NCBI RefSeq assembly: GCF_001194135.2
Contig: NC_068982.1
Coordinates: 114,177,794 to 114,241,534, forward strand
Direction: 5' to 3'
DNA: 63,741 nucleotides
From: Octopus bimaculoides
Taxonomy: Eukaryota
Below, piece after piece: positions 1 to 13,744 of this stretch (within the stretch, counting starts at the first letter, position 1; every line of letters begins with the position of its first letter). A program made the position numbers and the translations under genes. The notes under the pieces were generated by a model. That model was not told the origin of the DNA, ran no database searches, and saw only the letters and a program-made list of their open reading frames with translations.

Positions 1-290
1 TTGATGGTGGATGTGTTGACACGGCTCCACGCATTTAGGATCCACTGGCAGACTTGAGTGAAAGATGCTCTTCGCATGCGGCCTGTTTTGGTGAAGGATT
101 TCTCGCCGCTCGTCATTCAATCTTCCCACTCACGGCGCAGCGCCACTTTAAATGCCCGGTTCACGCTGATGTCCAGTGGCTACAAATACTTAGTGGTGCT
201 CCCAGGAATCACAGCTGGAATTGAGTTTGTACTCTTGATGGCAGCTTTCACTGAATCTGTCATATAGGCCCTTAAAAGCTGCATCATATG
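1..290 (-). pseudogene. pogo/Tigger-family DDE_1 transposase remnant (runs off the window edge)
   Basis: Manual minus-strand translation: AYMTDSVKAAIKSTNSIPAVIPGSTTKYL*PLDISVNRAFKVALRREWED*MTSGEKSFTKTGRMRRASFTQVCQWILNAWSRVNTSTI. This matches the pogo IPGG-T-LQPLD-VN-FK motif. Two in-frame stops (TAG for Q, TGA for W). Confidence 0.9.
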
Positions 291-1275
291 CTTTTCTTCA
301 AGTGTTTTCCATGTTGACGAGGGTGAATACAAATGACAGCTTTATAATACCGGTAACTGAATTGTGAAAGTGGTCTTGATTTATCACACAATTTCATTGA
401 ACCTCTCTTTCCACTCGTACTTCATTTCTATATTCTGTCTAATATTGACTTCTGCATTTATTAATATACCTTTATGTCAAAGTAATATATTAGGACGCAC
501 GTTTTTTTCTGACGGATTATTCTAGTTTAGTTTCAATATGCTTTTAAGTATGAATTTAAATATGTATTTATTGCAAATCCATTTCTTCACGTAATTTAAT
601 CTTTTATTACTTTATAAATTATATGTATTGCCATTTACATAGGTTAATTACTGTTATTAACATGATACACTATTAACGATTATCCGTATTAACTATCCAC
701 ATTATAAGCATCTTTATTGCTACACGTTTATTTACGAAATTTTACGAACGATAACATATTCTCTAAATACAGATCCACTGGATTATTTCCCTTTTTCTTT
801 CCACTTTCATACATTTTTTATCAAACACTTCTTCTATTTAATTCAAACTCCAATTGTAGCATTCATCATTTTCCTCCCAATACTACATCCTGTATCCTAG
901 CGTTCTTCATCTAATGGTCTTTTTAAACCTAGCGATGTAGTGATCTTCCATATACGTAATTTTCACATTCGGTACAAGTCTTGCATTTAAAGAATGGTTC
1001 CCTGAAGAGAAAATTACATGTGTAATAACATCTTTTATTCTTTTGGAATAGAGTGCATGTAATTTTCGAAACATGTGTCGGAATTAAAGGAACTTATTTA
1101 TTATATGCGTTTTACTCCATTTATAATTTATCATATCAACTCAAAATACATCACTTTAACATGAAATTTCTACCTCTTAACCAGGTATAATATCCCAGCT
1201 TCTTTGTGAATTTTGCTAGCCTGGTAACTATTAACATATTTACCTTATCGAAGATTTTCAACTAAGATGATATAA

Positions 1276-1338
<63 letters not shown>

Positions 1339-1339
1339 T

Positions 1340-1393
<54 letters not shown>

Positions 1394-1589
1394 NNNNNNN
1401 NNNNNNNNNNNNNNNNNNNNNNNNNNNNNNNNNNNNNNNNNNNNNNNNNNNNNNNNNNNNNNNNNNNNNNNNNNNNNNNNNNNNNNNNNNNNNNNNNNNN
1501 NNNNNNNNNNNNNNNNNNNNNNNNNNNNNNNNNNNNNNNNNNNNNNNNNNNNNNNNNNNNNNNNNNNNNNNNNNNNNNNNNNNNNNNNT

Positions 1590-2280
1590 ATATGCACAGG
1601 TATGCAGGAAGTAAATTGACACCTTTAATTTTCAATATCTTTTATTTAATACGCAAAGCGAACTATTGAAATGTAATTGATAGGTAGGACTACATGCTTT
1701 AGTATTCAGTTGACATTCCCTGTGCAGTTTTTAATTCAGAGACTCTTTTGGGCCTTGAACCGACGAGCTTTGTGATTGTCTCTTGTGGGATTTCTGCCCA
1801 CTTTTCACGCAACAATCGAAACAATTCATCTTTAAATTTAGGTTTCTGTTGAGTTTTTCGTATAGCCCTATCTAGTATACTCCAAAGATTTTCAATTGGG
1901 TTCATGTCAGGAAGCTTTTTGACCCCATTTTAAGTCTGTGTGGCATGGACCCCCATCTTCAATTAATAAAAACTCAGTTTTCGTTATGTTATCGTGTGAA
2001 TACATCGGAAGTCGTCCTTGCTTAAGTATTTCGATGTATTTTTCAGAGTTTATGGTTCCAACACATTCGATCAGCTCAGAATGACCACTGCTGGTGACAG
2101 CTCTCCATACCATTATAGAGATACTGCCATGTTTCACAGTTGGTTGGAGTCGTTTCAAATCAAATTCTTGATTGGGTAGCCTCCAGACCCAAACACGTCC
2201 ACTGTCTGAAAATAATGCAAATCTGGAAAATCACTCTATCCCAAAATGAAATAGATTTTTCTGACATCTCCTTAGTCCAT
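1590..2280 (-). mobile_element. Tc1 (DD34E-type) transposon, decayed 3' half
   Basis: ORFs 1907-2158 (LQPTVKHGSISIMVW...EDGGPCHT) and 1699-1905 (PDMNPIENLWSILDR...). Upstream frame-shifted RFALFSDSGRVWVWRLP. Small deletions remove the SDES motif and the segment between CHT and PDMNPIEN. TIR-like end at about 1595-1625. Confidence 0.9.
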
Positions 2281-4284
2281 TTCTTTCTTTTTTTTTTTTT
2301 CATGAAATTAATTGGTTGAAGGACAGGTTTTCTTCTAGCTGCTCGCCCATAGTACCCAAGCTTATGCAGATATGTAANNNNNNNNNNNNNNNNNNNNNNN
2401 NNNNNNNNNNNNNNNNNNNNNNNNNNNNNNNNNNNNNNNNNNNNNNNNNNNNNNNNNNNNNNNNNNNNNNNNNNNNNNNNNNNNNNNNNNNNNNNNNNNN
2501 NNNNNNNNNNNNNNNNNNNNNNNNNNNNNNNNNNNNNNNNNNNNNNNNNNNNNNNNNNNNNNNNNNNNNNNNNNNNNNNNNNNNNNNNNNNNNNNNNNNN
2601 NNNNNNNNNNNNNNNNNNNNNNNNNNNNNNNNNNNNNNNNNNNNNNNNNNNNNNNNNNNNNNNNNNNNNNNNNNNNNNNNNNNNNNNNNNNNNNNNNNNN
2701 NNNNNNNNNNNNNNNNNNNNNNNNNNNNNNNNNNNNNNNNNNNNNNNNNNNNNNNNNNNNNNNNNNNNNNNNNNNNNNNNNNNNNNNNNNNNNNNNNNNN
2801 NNNNNNNNNNNNNNNNNNNNNNNNNNNNNNNNNNNNNNNNNNNNNNNNNNNNNNNNNNNNNNNNNNNNNNNNNNNNNNNNNNNNNNNNNNNNNNNNNNNN
2901 NNNNNNNNNNNNNNNNNNNNNNNNNNNNNNNNNNNNNNNNNNNNNNNNNNNNNNNNNNNNNNNNNNNNNNNNNNNNNNNNNNNNNNNNNNNNNNNNNNNN
3001 NNNNNNNNNNNNNNNNNNNNNATATTCCGCTTTTCCTAGTTCAGTTTAAATCGCTGTAAAACGCCACTGCAATTTAGTTCTACTTGATTCTTTAGCTAAA
3101 TCTTTGTAGTGAAATAAGCTTATAACCACCTATATCTAATGCCAGTTGCATCAAACTACGATTTGAATGATCTTAAAAAAAATTCTATAAATAACCGACT
3201 TTGCAAAATTTATTTTAATTTCCAAGTGAGCAATCTCCTTTGCATTATGAATATGCTAACAGAAGCTCAACTACTGTGTTAGGACTAGGATGTGGATGGG
3301 AATATCCATGACACACACTCATTCGTGTTTCATGTACTTCAGATATTCGTTAGTATGACGTTATTTCATACTAATTAACCATTAATCAATAGTAAACATC
3401 GTATTTTATTTCTAGCCAAAGCCACGTGCTAATGAAATCAGTACTTTCAATTCGCCAACCCCCACCACGCTAGCAGTAAGCTACTGATGTACTTATATCA
3501 AAGATAGATACTTTTAAAGAGGTAGCGTTTCGGTGAAATAGCTTTGTAACAGCTAATCATTGAATGAAGATATTCTGCACTCGCTTATTTTACTGTGTAC
3601 ACTAAATGAACAGATGTTTCAATGGGGTGAAATTATCTTGCTAGTCAGTGAAAGATTTAAATATAACGTAGTCTTGTCTGGGAAATCATAACTAGTCAAT
3701 GAATAGGATATAATCTTAACAACATACTATGTTACTAAGTGCATTAAATCAACTAAGAAACAGAGGAAATGAGTGAAAACAGAACGTGATCGCGATATAG
3801 ATAGCTTTAAATACAATACTTTAGATCAATCAGCCGAAAAGCTTTCAATGCATGCTATAAGAGAATAATATAACCATTGCTGATGTTTGATATTGTAATA
3901 GATATTTATATGAATTGTTTGAGGCTAAACTGAAGTGACACTGGAGAACCGAATTCTTTGTCTAACATCCTTTTATTTTCCGAGATGGTATAAAGCATTT
4001 ACTGTATCAAGGTTAGTGTGAGAGATGCAACTAATAATTAACTGAAGTAGTGCGTAAAAGCACTTACATGGCATGTTTTTGCTGAATGAGAACTCGGCCT
4101 AGTGTTCTATATAAGGTAAATCGTTTGCATTAGAGAAAACGTTTCTCCCACCCAATGTGCAGGTCATTATAATATTTAAGAATTATAGAATAGCACAGAA
4201 CATTTGATTTAGACTTTCCTGTTGCTAAGCGTTTTTAAAGAAGTTGTTCATTACACACACATACACACACACTATAAAGACAGA

Positions 4285-4312
4285 CAGACAGACAGATAGA
4301 CAGAAAGATAGT

Positions 4313-4368
<56 letters not shown>
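4285..4368. repeat. (GACA)n/(GATA)n microsatellite
   Basis: Directly visible. Confidence 0.95.
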
Positions 4369-4369
<1 letters not shown>

Positions 4370-4814
4370 CAGGAAGGTAGACCTCAAGCACTCTAGTCTA
4401 ATCCAAGCTCTGGATAACCGTATCGAATGATATGGAATAAACTGGGTTTATTTAAGGTAAAGAATCCCAATGTATTTTACTTGATGGATAAATCCTGAGT
4501 TCGTTTCAAACTTTGATAGTAGCAACACCTAAAATAAAACTGCATACGATTTTAACCAGAATGAAATCTGGTTTCAGATGAAGCAACAGGATACAAATAA
4601 ATACGAAATAGCAAGATATCTATGCAGCAGAAATATACGTTGGCCAGAGGTTCAAGAAAAATATACTATATAAATGACTGTAATAAAAGAAACTGTGCTG
4701 ATGTATAATTCTCCTTATTTGAATAGTCTTGCAGATATGTGTGTAGAGGGATGTGTGCGTGTGTACATGCATATGTATATATGCATGCATATACGTATAT
4801 ATGCAATGTATGTA

Positions 4815-4859
<45 letters not shown>

Positions 4860-4864
<5 letters not shown>

Positions 4865-5019
4865 CATATAAACAAACTAACATTTGCTTTTTATGTGTCG
4901 AAAATGTATATTATACGATACAATTTTTAGAACGCAGAAACGCCGTTAGAACAACAGAGATATTGGGTAAATTACCCATACAAAGCAGAAAAATTTGTCG
5001 GCAAACAGCCATCGGACTC
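4860..5019 (-). mobile_element. SINE family D copy, 5'-truncated at the B box
   Basis: Reverse complement aligns with 5132-5199 (gagtcc-atggctgtt...aaattttt-ccgctttg...acccaatat) and ends in (TA)n. Confidence 0.55.
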
Positions 5020-5069
5020 ATGTAGTGGTGCTTTTAGTTTTATAGCGTCTAAATTTGTGGGTAAACTTG

Positions 5070-5223
5070 TCAGCGAGTAGCTTTGATCATTGGTAAAGCA
5101 ATCAACCGGAAGCTTTGAGAGATGTAGGTTCGAGTCCCATGGCTGTTGAGAAATTTTTTTCCGCTTTGCAAGGTTAAGTTACCCAATATTTCTGCTGGTC
5201 GGAAAAAAAATTATTATCTTATG

Positions 5224-5285
<62 letters not shown>
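5070..5285 (+). mobile_element. tRNA-headed SINE family D copy
   Basis: A-box-like tagctttgatcattggta and B-box ggttcgagtcc (5127-5137), followed by a body and a (GT)/(TA)n tail. Confidence 0.6.
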
Positions 5286-7506
5286 TATATGTATACATAT
5301 ATGGGAAAATTTCCATTCGTCAAGATGTCTGAAATATATACTATTATCAAACGCTATTGTCACAGACAGACAGAGACATTGTCTAGGCATAAATTAGCAG
5401 TGTCAAGAAAGTTATTTACTGTCTTGGAAATACTCAATCATTTTTTTTTCTCGGAAACACAGGAGAGAAAGAATTAAGCTTTGCACGTGAAGTAAAACTT
5501 CTCATATGGAAAAATTGCTCAGAGTTTAATGTCCCTAATATTCATAGAAATATTTCATTGTCTTTGAATATGATTATACAATATTACTGGTATCTTGACA
5601 ATCATTTTGGTGGATGCAAATAAGTTGCATTAATTCAAACCTATAATTTTATTGTGGATAATCTGACGTTTAGTTGTATAAGAAAACTATTAGATTTTAT
5701 TTGAAATATTAGCATCAATAGATATTGTTTTGAACTTCATTGCTATAATTTTCCAACACAGTGTTATCAAGTCCACTTCTATTCCTGTAAGAATTTATGT
5801 TAGCTGAAATTATAGTTTCCAGTATAATTTTTAGAAAAATATTTCATCAGTTGATACAGGTGAAGCTGCTTGAAATCTAGTAAATATATTTTATAAAATG
5901 TACTTAACAGTGTTTATATAGAGCGTCAAGTTTAAAGTTTCACATGAAAATTATAATTAATATTATCGGTAGATTTTGAAATGGTCTAAAGCCCAATGGG
6001 TATTTATACATCCAGTTCCAAATCGTTTGTTCCCAAGATATTCACCTAACCATGTGCTTTTCACCTTTAACAGTCCCCCTTGTGTTCTTACTGAAGCATA
6101 TGATCTTCGCCAGCATTGCATGATATTTTTAGCAGAAATTTTTCCTCCGTGAGGTATAAATTACACACATATACTAAAAGAGAGATTAAGTTTATATATA
6201 TATATATATATATATATNNNNNNNNNNNNNNNNNNNNNNNNNNNNNNNNNNNNNNNNNNNNNNNNNNNNNNNNNNNNNNNNNNNNNNNNNNNNNNNNNNN
6301 NNNNNNNNNNNNNNNNNNNNNNNNNNNNNNNNNNNNNNNNNNNNNNNNNNNNNNNNNNNNNNNNNNNNNNNNNNNNNNNNNNNNNNNNNNNNNNNNNNNN
6401 NNNNNNNNNNNNNNNNNNNNNNNNNNNNNNNNNNNNNNNNNNNNNNNNNNNNNNNNNNNNNNNNNNNNNNNNNNNNNNNNNNNNNNNNNNNNNNNNNNNN
6501 NNNNNNNNNNNNNNNNNNNNNNNATTTTGCTTCTTTGTTTTATAGACAGAAATTCAAACTTTTATCTCTCCTCATTGATGATTTTTGTTTCTCTAGAATA
6601 ATAATTTCAATCGAAAATTGTGTTGATTTTGAAAAACCAACCGCTGCATGAATTTTAGTGGAAGTCATTAAATATAGCTTAATATGATATATTCTCATCA
6701 TTGAATTAATTTCTTCAGAAGCAAGTAGTAAGATGCTGATATATTACAATTAAATGATATTTAATTACTGTTGATTGTGTCTATGAAAAAGGTTAATAAT
6801 CAGTGAAGGATATACATTGTTCCAGATATGATTCGATCGATACAATTACGTTATTTATGCTTTTTAGTGTGTATCACCTGCACTCAAACAGGAACCGTTT
6901 GTCACTCACATAGAAATACAAAAGCAATAAGAACAATAGACGTAAATCAAGCAGTAAGAAATCAGTCTTTACTACCAGCCCAGAGTAAAATCATTAATAT
7001 TGGTTTCCTACATTAGTAGAAGAAAGCTTTAGGTTTCTAACGTAAGGAAAATGAGATTGTGTAAAATTCTTGTCTTTCTCGAGGGAAATCACGACAAAAA
7101 TAATGCGAAACGGCTATGTATGTAACAAGAATTAATACATGCTAGCATTATTATTGAACCAATTTAATGATTTCACCAAAAACAGTTTCATTGATGACAA
7201 CGTTATTAACTTCTTTTGTTTACCATTAATCAATGCTATAATTCAGGTGCAAGGACGATTTTGATAACTACAAGTAATATTGATTTGAAACTTTCATTAT
7301 GTGGTCCAGAGTAAGGACGGATTACGACTACAACCAGCGAGACTGCTCACTTTAATGGCATCAGTTAATTTCTATTAGATTTTAAAGAGGCATCATGAAA
7401 GCGACTATATTTATGTGTTTGGGTAAACCGATTATATTGATAATAATAATATCAATTTATCCAGACCGCACGACTATTCGGTCATATTTCATATGTATAT
7501 AGCAGA

Positions 7507-7573
7507 GATGTTTGTAAACACTATACTTGATGTTTGAAAACACTATACAGAGATGTTTGAAAACACTATACTT
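7507..7573. repeat. 3 copies of a 22-23 bp tandem repeat (gatgtttgaaaacactatac..)
   Basis: Units start at 7507, 7529 and 7552. Confidence 0.9.
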
Positions 7574-8374
7574 GAATAACATTCGTTCTTTTTTATTTTT
7601 TGTCTTGATATTTTGATGAACGTTTGACGATCTAGTTAATGATTTTACTTTATTATTTAGATATATATTTAGACCAATAATGAAATTTCAGCTATTGAAA
7701 CTGGACGCTATCATGTTTGTCCGCTTTCTTACTTATGAACACAGAACATTCCATACGTATCATTTTTATTTCCACATTTTAGATTATTGGAAATACTAAA
7801 ATGTGATTTTAAGTTAATAATTTCAAACATGATTTGATTTCCAGCTGTAAGGATATAAGAAAAAATACAGTTGCATACTTCGGTATAGATGTTTAGTCAA
7901 AACAGACTTTGCTTTAGAACAAGATGTAAATTATTCTTCAGATGTCATTGTCACAGTATGAATGAGTTTGGAAATAATTAAGAAATCAGAATTGTTACCC
8001 CAGAGATATTTTCATGCAACAAATAAATACAGCAGAACTAAAAATGCCAGCTGTTGGATAAATTTAATTGAGGTGTCTAATTTAAACAATGTGACTAACT
8101 AATTAACCATTACACAACTTAGCTTAAAGGAAAGACTGCTTTAATTCCACAAGTTCAGAAGAAAATTCTAGACGTATTAATACAATAATAATATTGATTA
8201 AGATTCCATTTGATGGGTTTTGTTATATTTAGAAATGATTGCTCACTGTTGTAGTTATTATGCTGCTTCAGATTTTTGTTGGAATTCTTTATTGCACAAT
8301 GCAAAAAATTCTGTCTATGTAGAGAATAGATATATTTGATGTAAGTATATAACAAACCTGTGAAACTTGCTTAC

Positions 8375-8575
8375 TTATAAAATGTAGCAACCAAACTAGA
8401 CCTAGGCGGGGGGATGTTCTTGATAGTGAAACCCTTTATAGTCGGGAACAAAAGGTTTAGGTGCAGTCTGGTGAACACAGAATGGGCGGGCCGTTGTGGA
8501 TATATTGTAATTATTAGTGGAGGCACATATAATTTTATGGTGAGGTTCACCCCTTCTTCCAACGACAAAATACAC
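8375..8575 (-). other. candidate 201-nt exon (unconfirmed)
   Basis: ttatttgcag|G acceptor and AA|gtaagc donor. Length is divisible by 3, one frame is open, GC is higher than the flanks. No homology recognised. Confidence 0.25.
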
Positions 8576-11029
8576 CTGCAAATAACAGTTATATACATTA
8601 TTTAGATGTCATCAACCTTTGGGGGTCAAATGTCTTTTCCTTAGCGGCAGTACATAAGGAGTAATGGTATATGAATCAACATATTTCGATCATATGAATT
8701 AGCGATGCACTTCCAACTCCAGGACGGACAAAAGACAACAGTAGTAGAACTATTGTGACGGTTGCTACGATCTGAGCTTTAATTACTATATACATGTTAC
8801 TGCTGTTCCTACTTAATTTCTTTTCATTAGATCAAAGTTGTTACTACGAATGAATTATGTCACATTTAGCAATCCAAGTGAAGCGGAATGGTTTCAAAAG
8901 GAACACACTTCTCATCGATCCAGATCACTTTACAATTCATTTCGTCTGTTGGGGGTTAATGAAAACTGCATTGTCTCCTGCGTGTCGTTTTTTTTTCTAC
9001 TACGACCCAAATTTGTGATTTGAAGAGGGTTTACTTGCTGTATCTAGCAAATCAAGAAACCACATAGCCGCTCCTTAATCGAGCAAATCTGTTTCGGTTG
9101 TATCCCCGAGTATATCTTTTCTTAAAGTATAATATGAGTGAATTTAGAAGCTATTTCTAGTAAGTCGGGGGACCGTGTAAAGGCTTCGTCGTTGCATATA
9201 TTTAAACTTGATTCTATTTTAACTGCGTACAGTCCATTTAAACTAAACATATTTCCAAGAGCTTCACCTCTGAAATCACATTATCAGCTGGAAGTCCACC
9301 TTTCTTCATATTTTATTTTCAACCTGAATAACCCAGAGTTTTACCACACTAACCTCTTCTAATTGTTCCCACTCACTAGTTTAGCAATCCAGTTAGTTTG
9401 TGATCATTGCGTCTCCAGCATAGATCTCGAATACATTGGTTTAAAACAAGGTCAGCGACAATAGAGCAGATGACATTTTCTCAAAATCGCAGCATCCTAT
9501 TTATTGGTGGAATATATCGTTCAATATATTCTTTCTTACATTTTTATAAGGATTTCGAAGATACATTGGTGCTATTTGCAGCAACACGAGTGTGGCTGCT
9601 TAAAAACTTCTTCGTTGCTTCGCGGCCGGTTCTCAACGATCGTTTCTGAATTCTTCATGGCAAATAAAACAACGTAATATTGTAACATAAGATTTCATTA
9701 TGCGCGTATTAGTATTTTCCAAGATGTTAGGAAATGTTTTCTATGGCATCCATACACTGTTTTTGCTCTATTTATAATGGATAACATTCGAGGAATATTC
9801 ACAGAGGTGATATAAGCGCATTAGAAAAGTAATGCTAGCATTTTGGTTGGTTGTAATTAGAGAGAAGTAATGAGCTTCGGTATAAATTCATATGTACTTC
9901 CATTGGTAATTAAACTATATTATATTCTAATCACAACACTAATTATTATTTCTCGTTGAAGTAATGGGATGGTCATATATAATTATACATATTATCATAC
10001 AATCCGCTTTGTATGTGTTCCGCTATACATTGAAAATAAATCAACGCACATATAAATTCCTTTCTTTCCACATACAAACACACACACATACACACACATT
10101 ATATATATATATGATAATATATATAATATATATACAGATATGCATATATACATACGCATATGTGCATACTTACATCTATACGTGTATANNNNNNNNNNNN
10201 NNNNNNNNNNNNNNNNNNNNNNNNNNNNNNNNNNNNNNNNNNNNNNNNNNNNNNNNNNNNNNNNNNNNNNNNNNNNNNNNNNNNNNNNNNNNNNNNNNNN
10301 NNNNNNNNNNNNNNNNNNNNNNNNNNNNNNNNNNNNNNNNNNNNNNNNNNNNNNNNNNNNNNNNNNNNNNNNNNNNNNNNNNNNNNNNNNNNNNNNNNNN
10401 NNNNNNNNNNNNNNNNNNNNNNNNNNNNNNNNNNNNNNNNNNNNNNNNNNNNNNNNNNNNNNNNNNNNNNNNNNNNNNNNNNNNNNNNNNNNNNNNNNNN
10501 NNNNNNNNNNNNNNNNNNNNNNNNNNNNNNNNNNNNNNNNNNNNNNNNNNNNNNNNNNNNNNNNNNNNNNNNNNNNNNNNNNNNNNNNNNNNNNNNNNNN
10601 NNNNNNNNNNNNNNNNNNNNNNNNNNNNNNNNNNNNNNNNNNNNNNNNNNNNNNNNNNNNNNNNNNNNNNNNNNNNNNNNNNNNNNNNNNNNNNNNNNNN
10701 NNNNNNNNNNNNNNNNNNNNNNNNNNNNNNNNNNNNNNNNNNNNNNNNNNNNNNNNNNNNNNNNNNNNNNNNNNNNNNNNNNNNNNNNNNNNNNNNNNNN
10801 NNNNNNNNNNNNNNNNNNNNNNNNNNNNNNNNNNNNNNNNNNNNNNNNNNNNNNNNNNNNNNNNNNNNNNNNNNNNNNNNNNNNNNNNNNNNNNNNNNNN
10901 NNNNNNNNNNNNNNNNNNNTATATTGTTTGTCTTGTTTTCCATTTGTGTCTTTTGTTCGAAAGAATAGTTTATGTCCCACGTACTCGTGATTCGTATTTT
11001 TTTTTATTTTGTTGTACACGTCTTGTGAC

Positions 11030-11042
11030 GTCCTGTGCCCAC

Positions 11043-11082
<40 letters not shown>

Positions 11083-11648
11083 TATATTATTATATGATTG
11101 AACGCCACGCATCCACTTCCAAGTAAGCTTTATCTTAATAATTCTTATGCGCACTCTATACGATCTTTTAACACTTTCATTTCTCTCTCTTTTTCTCTTT
11201 CTTATTCTCTTACCTCCTCTTCTCCCACTATTCTATCCTATTTCTCTGTTACTCACTCTCCCTCACTCTTCTTCCCTTGCTCTCGTGGCTCCCACCTGAC
11301 CATCGTCCATCTTCCTTTCTTTCTGATCGTTGTAGCTGGAACAAGGAATACGTGTTCTTATTTGTCTCCTGTCCTAGCTTGATTTACGCATTCGCCACCA
11401 CAACCTCGTTTAGGCTTAGCAGCCCTTCCTGTTTGTTTTCACTGTCCTGTTTGTGTTACTAATTTTGACCCTCCGCAAAATCCCAAATTTTATTTAATTT
11501 GCTTTGTGATAGCAACTGTTTTACCGAAAGCGTATATTGTTGTTAAATGCTCTAAATACGAGACCTGTCATGAGAGAAGAGACAGAAAAAAACACGTCTT
11601 TTCTTTAGGAAGGCAGTGGACGTGTCAGCGCGAGAGAGTCAAGGAGGA

Positions 11649-11695
<47 letters not shown>

Positions 11696-11708
11696 TAGAG
11701 AGAGAGAA

Positions 11709-11740
<32 letters not shown>

Positions 11741-11993
11741 GGAACGGTGAAAGGGAGAGAAGAATAGGGAAAGGGTTTGAGAGAAAAACAGAAAGGATGA
11801 AGAGCAAGAGAGGGAGAGAGACAGACAGAGAAGAGATAGTAGAAGAGTCCGCATTGTAATTATTAAGATAAAACTTACTTGGAAAAGGATGCGTGGCGTT
11901 CGATCATATAATAATATAAATAATATATAAATATATGCATATGTTCATACCTACATCTATATGTATACATACATGCATATGTGGGTACAGGAC
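11030..11993. repeat. inverted repeat pair (arms about 11030-11374 and 11572-11993)
   Basis: 11071-11150 vs reverse complement of 11851-11930 gives 72/80 identical by manual alignment. Weaker homology continues through the CT/GA-rich parts and gtcctgt[ga]cccacat. Confidence 0.85.
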
Positions 11994-12639
11994 ATAAAAA
12001 AACCTTAAACACAATGAGAAACGAAAACATAAAAACGAAAACAGAAAACAAACTCTTTTTGAACAACGAAAAAAACCCCAGAGAAACGAGACATGCAGCA
12101 TAAAGAGTATACCCCTCGAAAACCAAAGAGAAGAGCGCTCATGCGATTCCTGGACGAGCGAAAGAAAAACGCCGACATTGGAAGCATATGAAGTCAGACG
12201 CAAATGCAAACAACTAAATCCTTCAAGGGCATTTGTCCACCACTTCATCGATTTTACCTATCGACTGCTATCCCCATTATTATTGGTTTCTGACATAGGC
12301 AGAAGGCCATCATTTTGGGACTTAATCGATTTTGTGTATGCGTACGCATGCGTATAAAACGTAATTAATCGAAATATGTTCCAAAGTAGTTGTATAAGCC
12401 GATAAAGACAAAAGAAAAGTCTATCTTGCCAATGGAAAACACAGTTACTATTAACGTATAAAGAACGATACTTTTATTTAAGGTATAACGTTTTGCACTA
12501 GAAGAATTAAAAATAAAGGCGACTCGAAAGGAATTTGAAATCAGAGCATTGAGACCTGATTTCCACCTTAGTCACAGCATTTCCGCTGGTGATTTACTCG
12601 AATAAATCGCTATCGGTACATAACTGGTACCTATTTTAT

Positions 12640-12750
12640 CCATCCCAGAAGAAGGAAAAATAATTGTGACAGCCACTAGATTTGAACTCGAACCACACGA
12701 CAGCTAGAAATGTGTGTATTGCTATACCGAGTCTACCATCCCACTGACCT
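12640..12750 (-). mobile_element. decayed tRNA-headed SINE (family D-like)
   Basis: Minus strand ...ggttcgagttcaaatctagtggctgtcacaattatttttcc resembles 5127-5162. Confidence 0.4.
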
Positions 12751-13744
12751 ACATTGTAAACTGGCAGACTGTTCTTATGCACGTAATTATAAATGGTAGG
12801 TGAACAGGTAGAGAGGTGTGGAAGTAGAGAGAGAGAGAGAGAGAAAGAAAGAGATTTGAGTGCACCAGTGATAGAGAATTGTAAATGATAGAGAACGAGA
12901 CAAGATTTTCTTAAGATTTGTAAATTATTTCTGTAACGTATAATGATGGGAAATAAGTTTACAACAGGCAATGCTAAATCTATCATTTAAATACATGAAA
13001 TGTTTGATTAACAAACACTAAAGTAGAACTAACGATCAATAAGGAAAATAAGCACAAGTCCTCTATCGTACAGACAAAGAACTATTAACATAGCAACGGA
13101 GGCTGATGTTCACTATACGCATTTCTTTCCTTCGTCCCCGACCACCAGTAACAAGCAGATATTTTATAGCTGTAGCCTATACAGTAAGTGATCTAACTAC
13201 TCAAAGAAGATTTATTGGTAGTTACATATAATCTCTGGATGATTCCTAATTACACCCAGGCTCATCATATACTACATTTATTGGAAATATAACCAGCATG
13301 CTGCACATACGGTGAGGTGATTGTACATGTTTCTCTTGGGTGCATAGGAATTGTATGGATAAATACGTACACACACACATCCACATAGAAACACAAACTA
13401 TATTACACTCTCTATATACACAGACATATATTTATGTGGATGTCTGCGTGCACACATACATAAACATAGGAACAAATTCTCCCTTTCTCTCTCTTATACT
13501 TACTCGTGTTGTTTTGAATTTTGAATATGTCTTTCCCGTTACATTCATTTTAGACTCTTTTCGTGTAAAAAGGCAGGTATGAGTTGCGAGATAGCAGATC
13601 TGAGAGAGTGACAGTTGGCGTGATAGGTATGGAACGAGAGAATGGCAACTCAGTATAAATTCAGTTTCATGCAAGATTTTAAGGAGAGAGTGAGAGAAAC
13701 AGACAAGGTTATAGAAGGTGTAAAGTAATATTGTCGTAGAGATT

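Noticed and set aside
5070-5140. Possible tRNA gene (also the SINE-A and SINE-B heads)
   Set aside because: A and B boxes are present but I cannot fold a full cloverleaf, and the sequence continues into a repeat body. It is SINE-derived.
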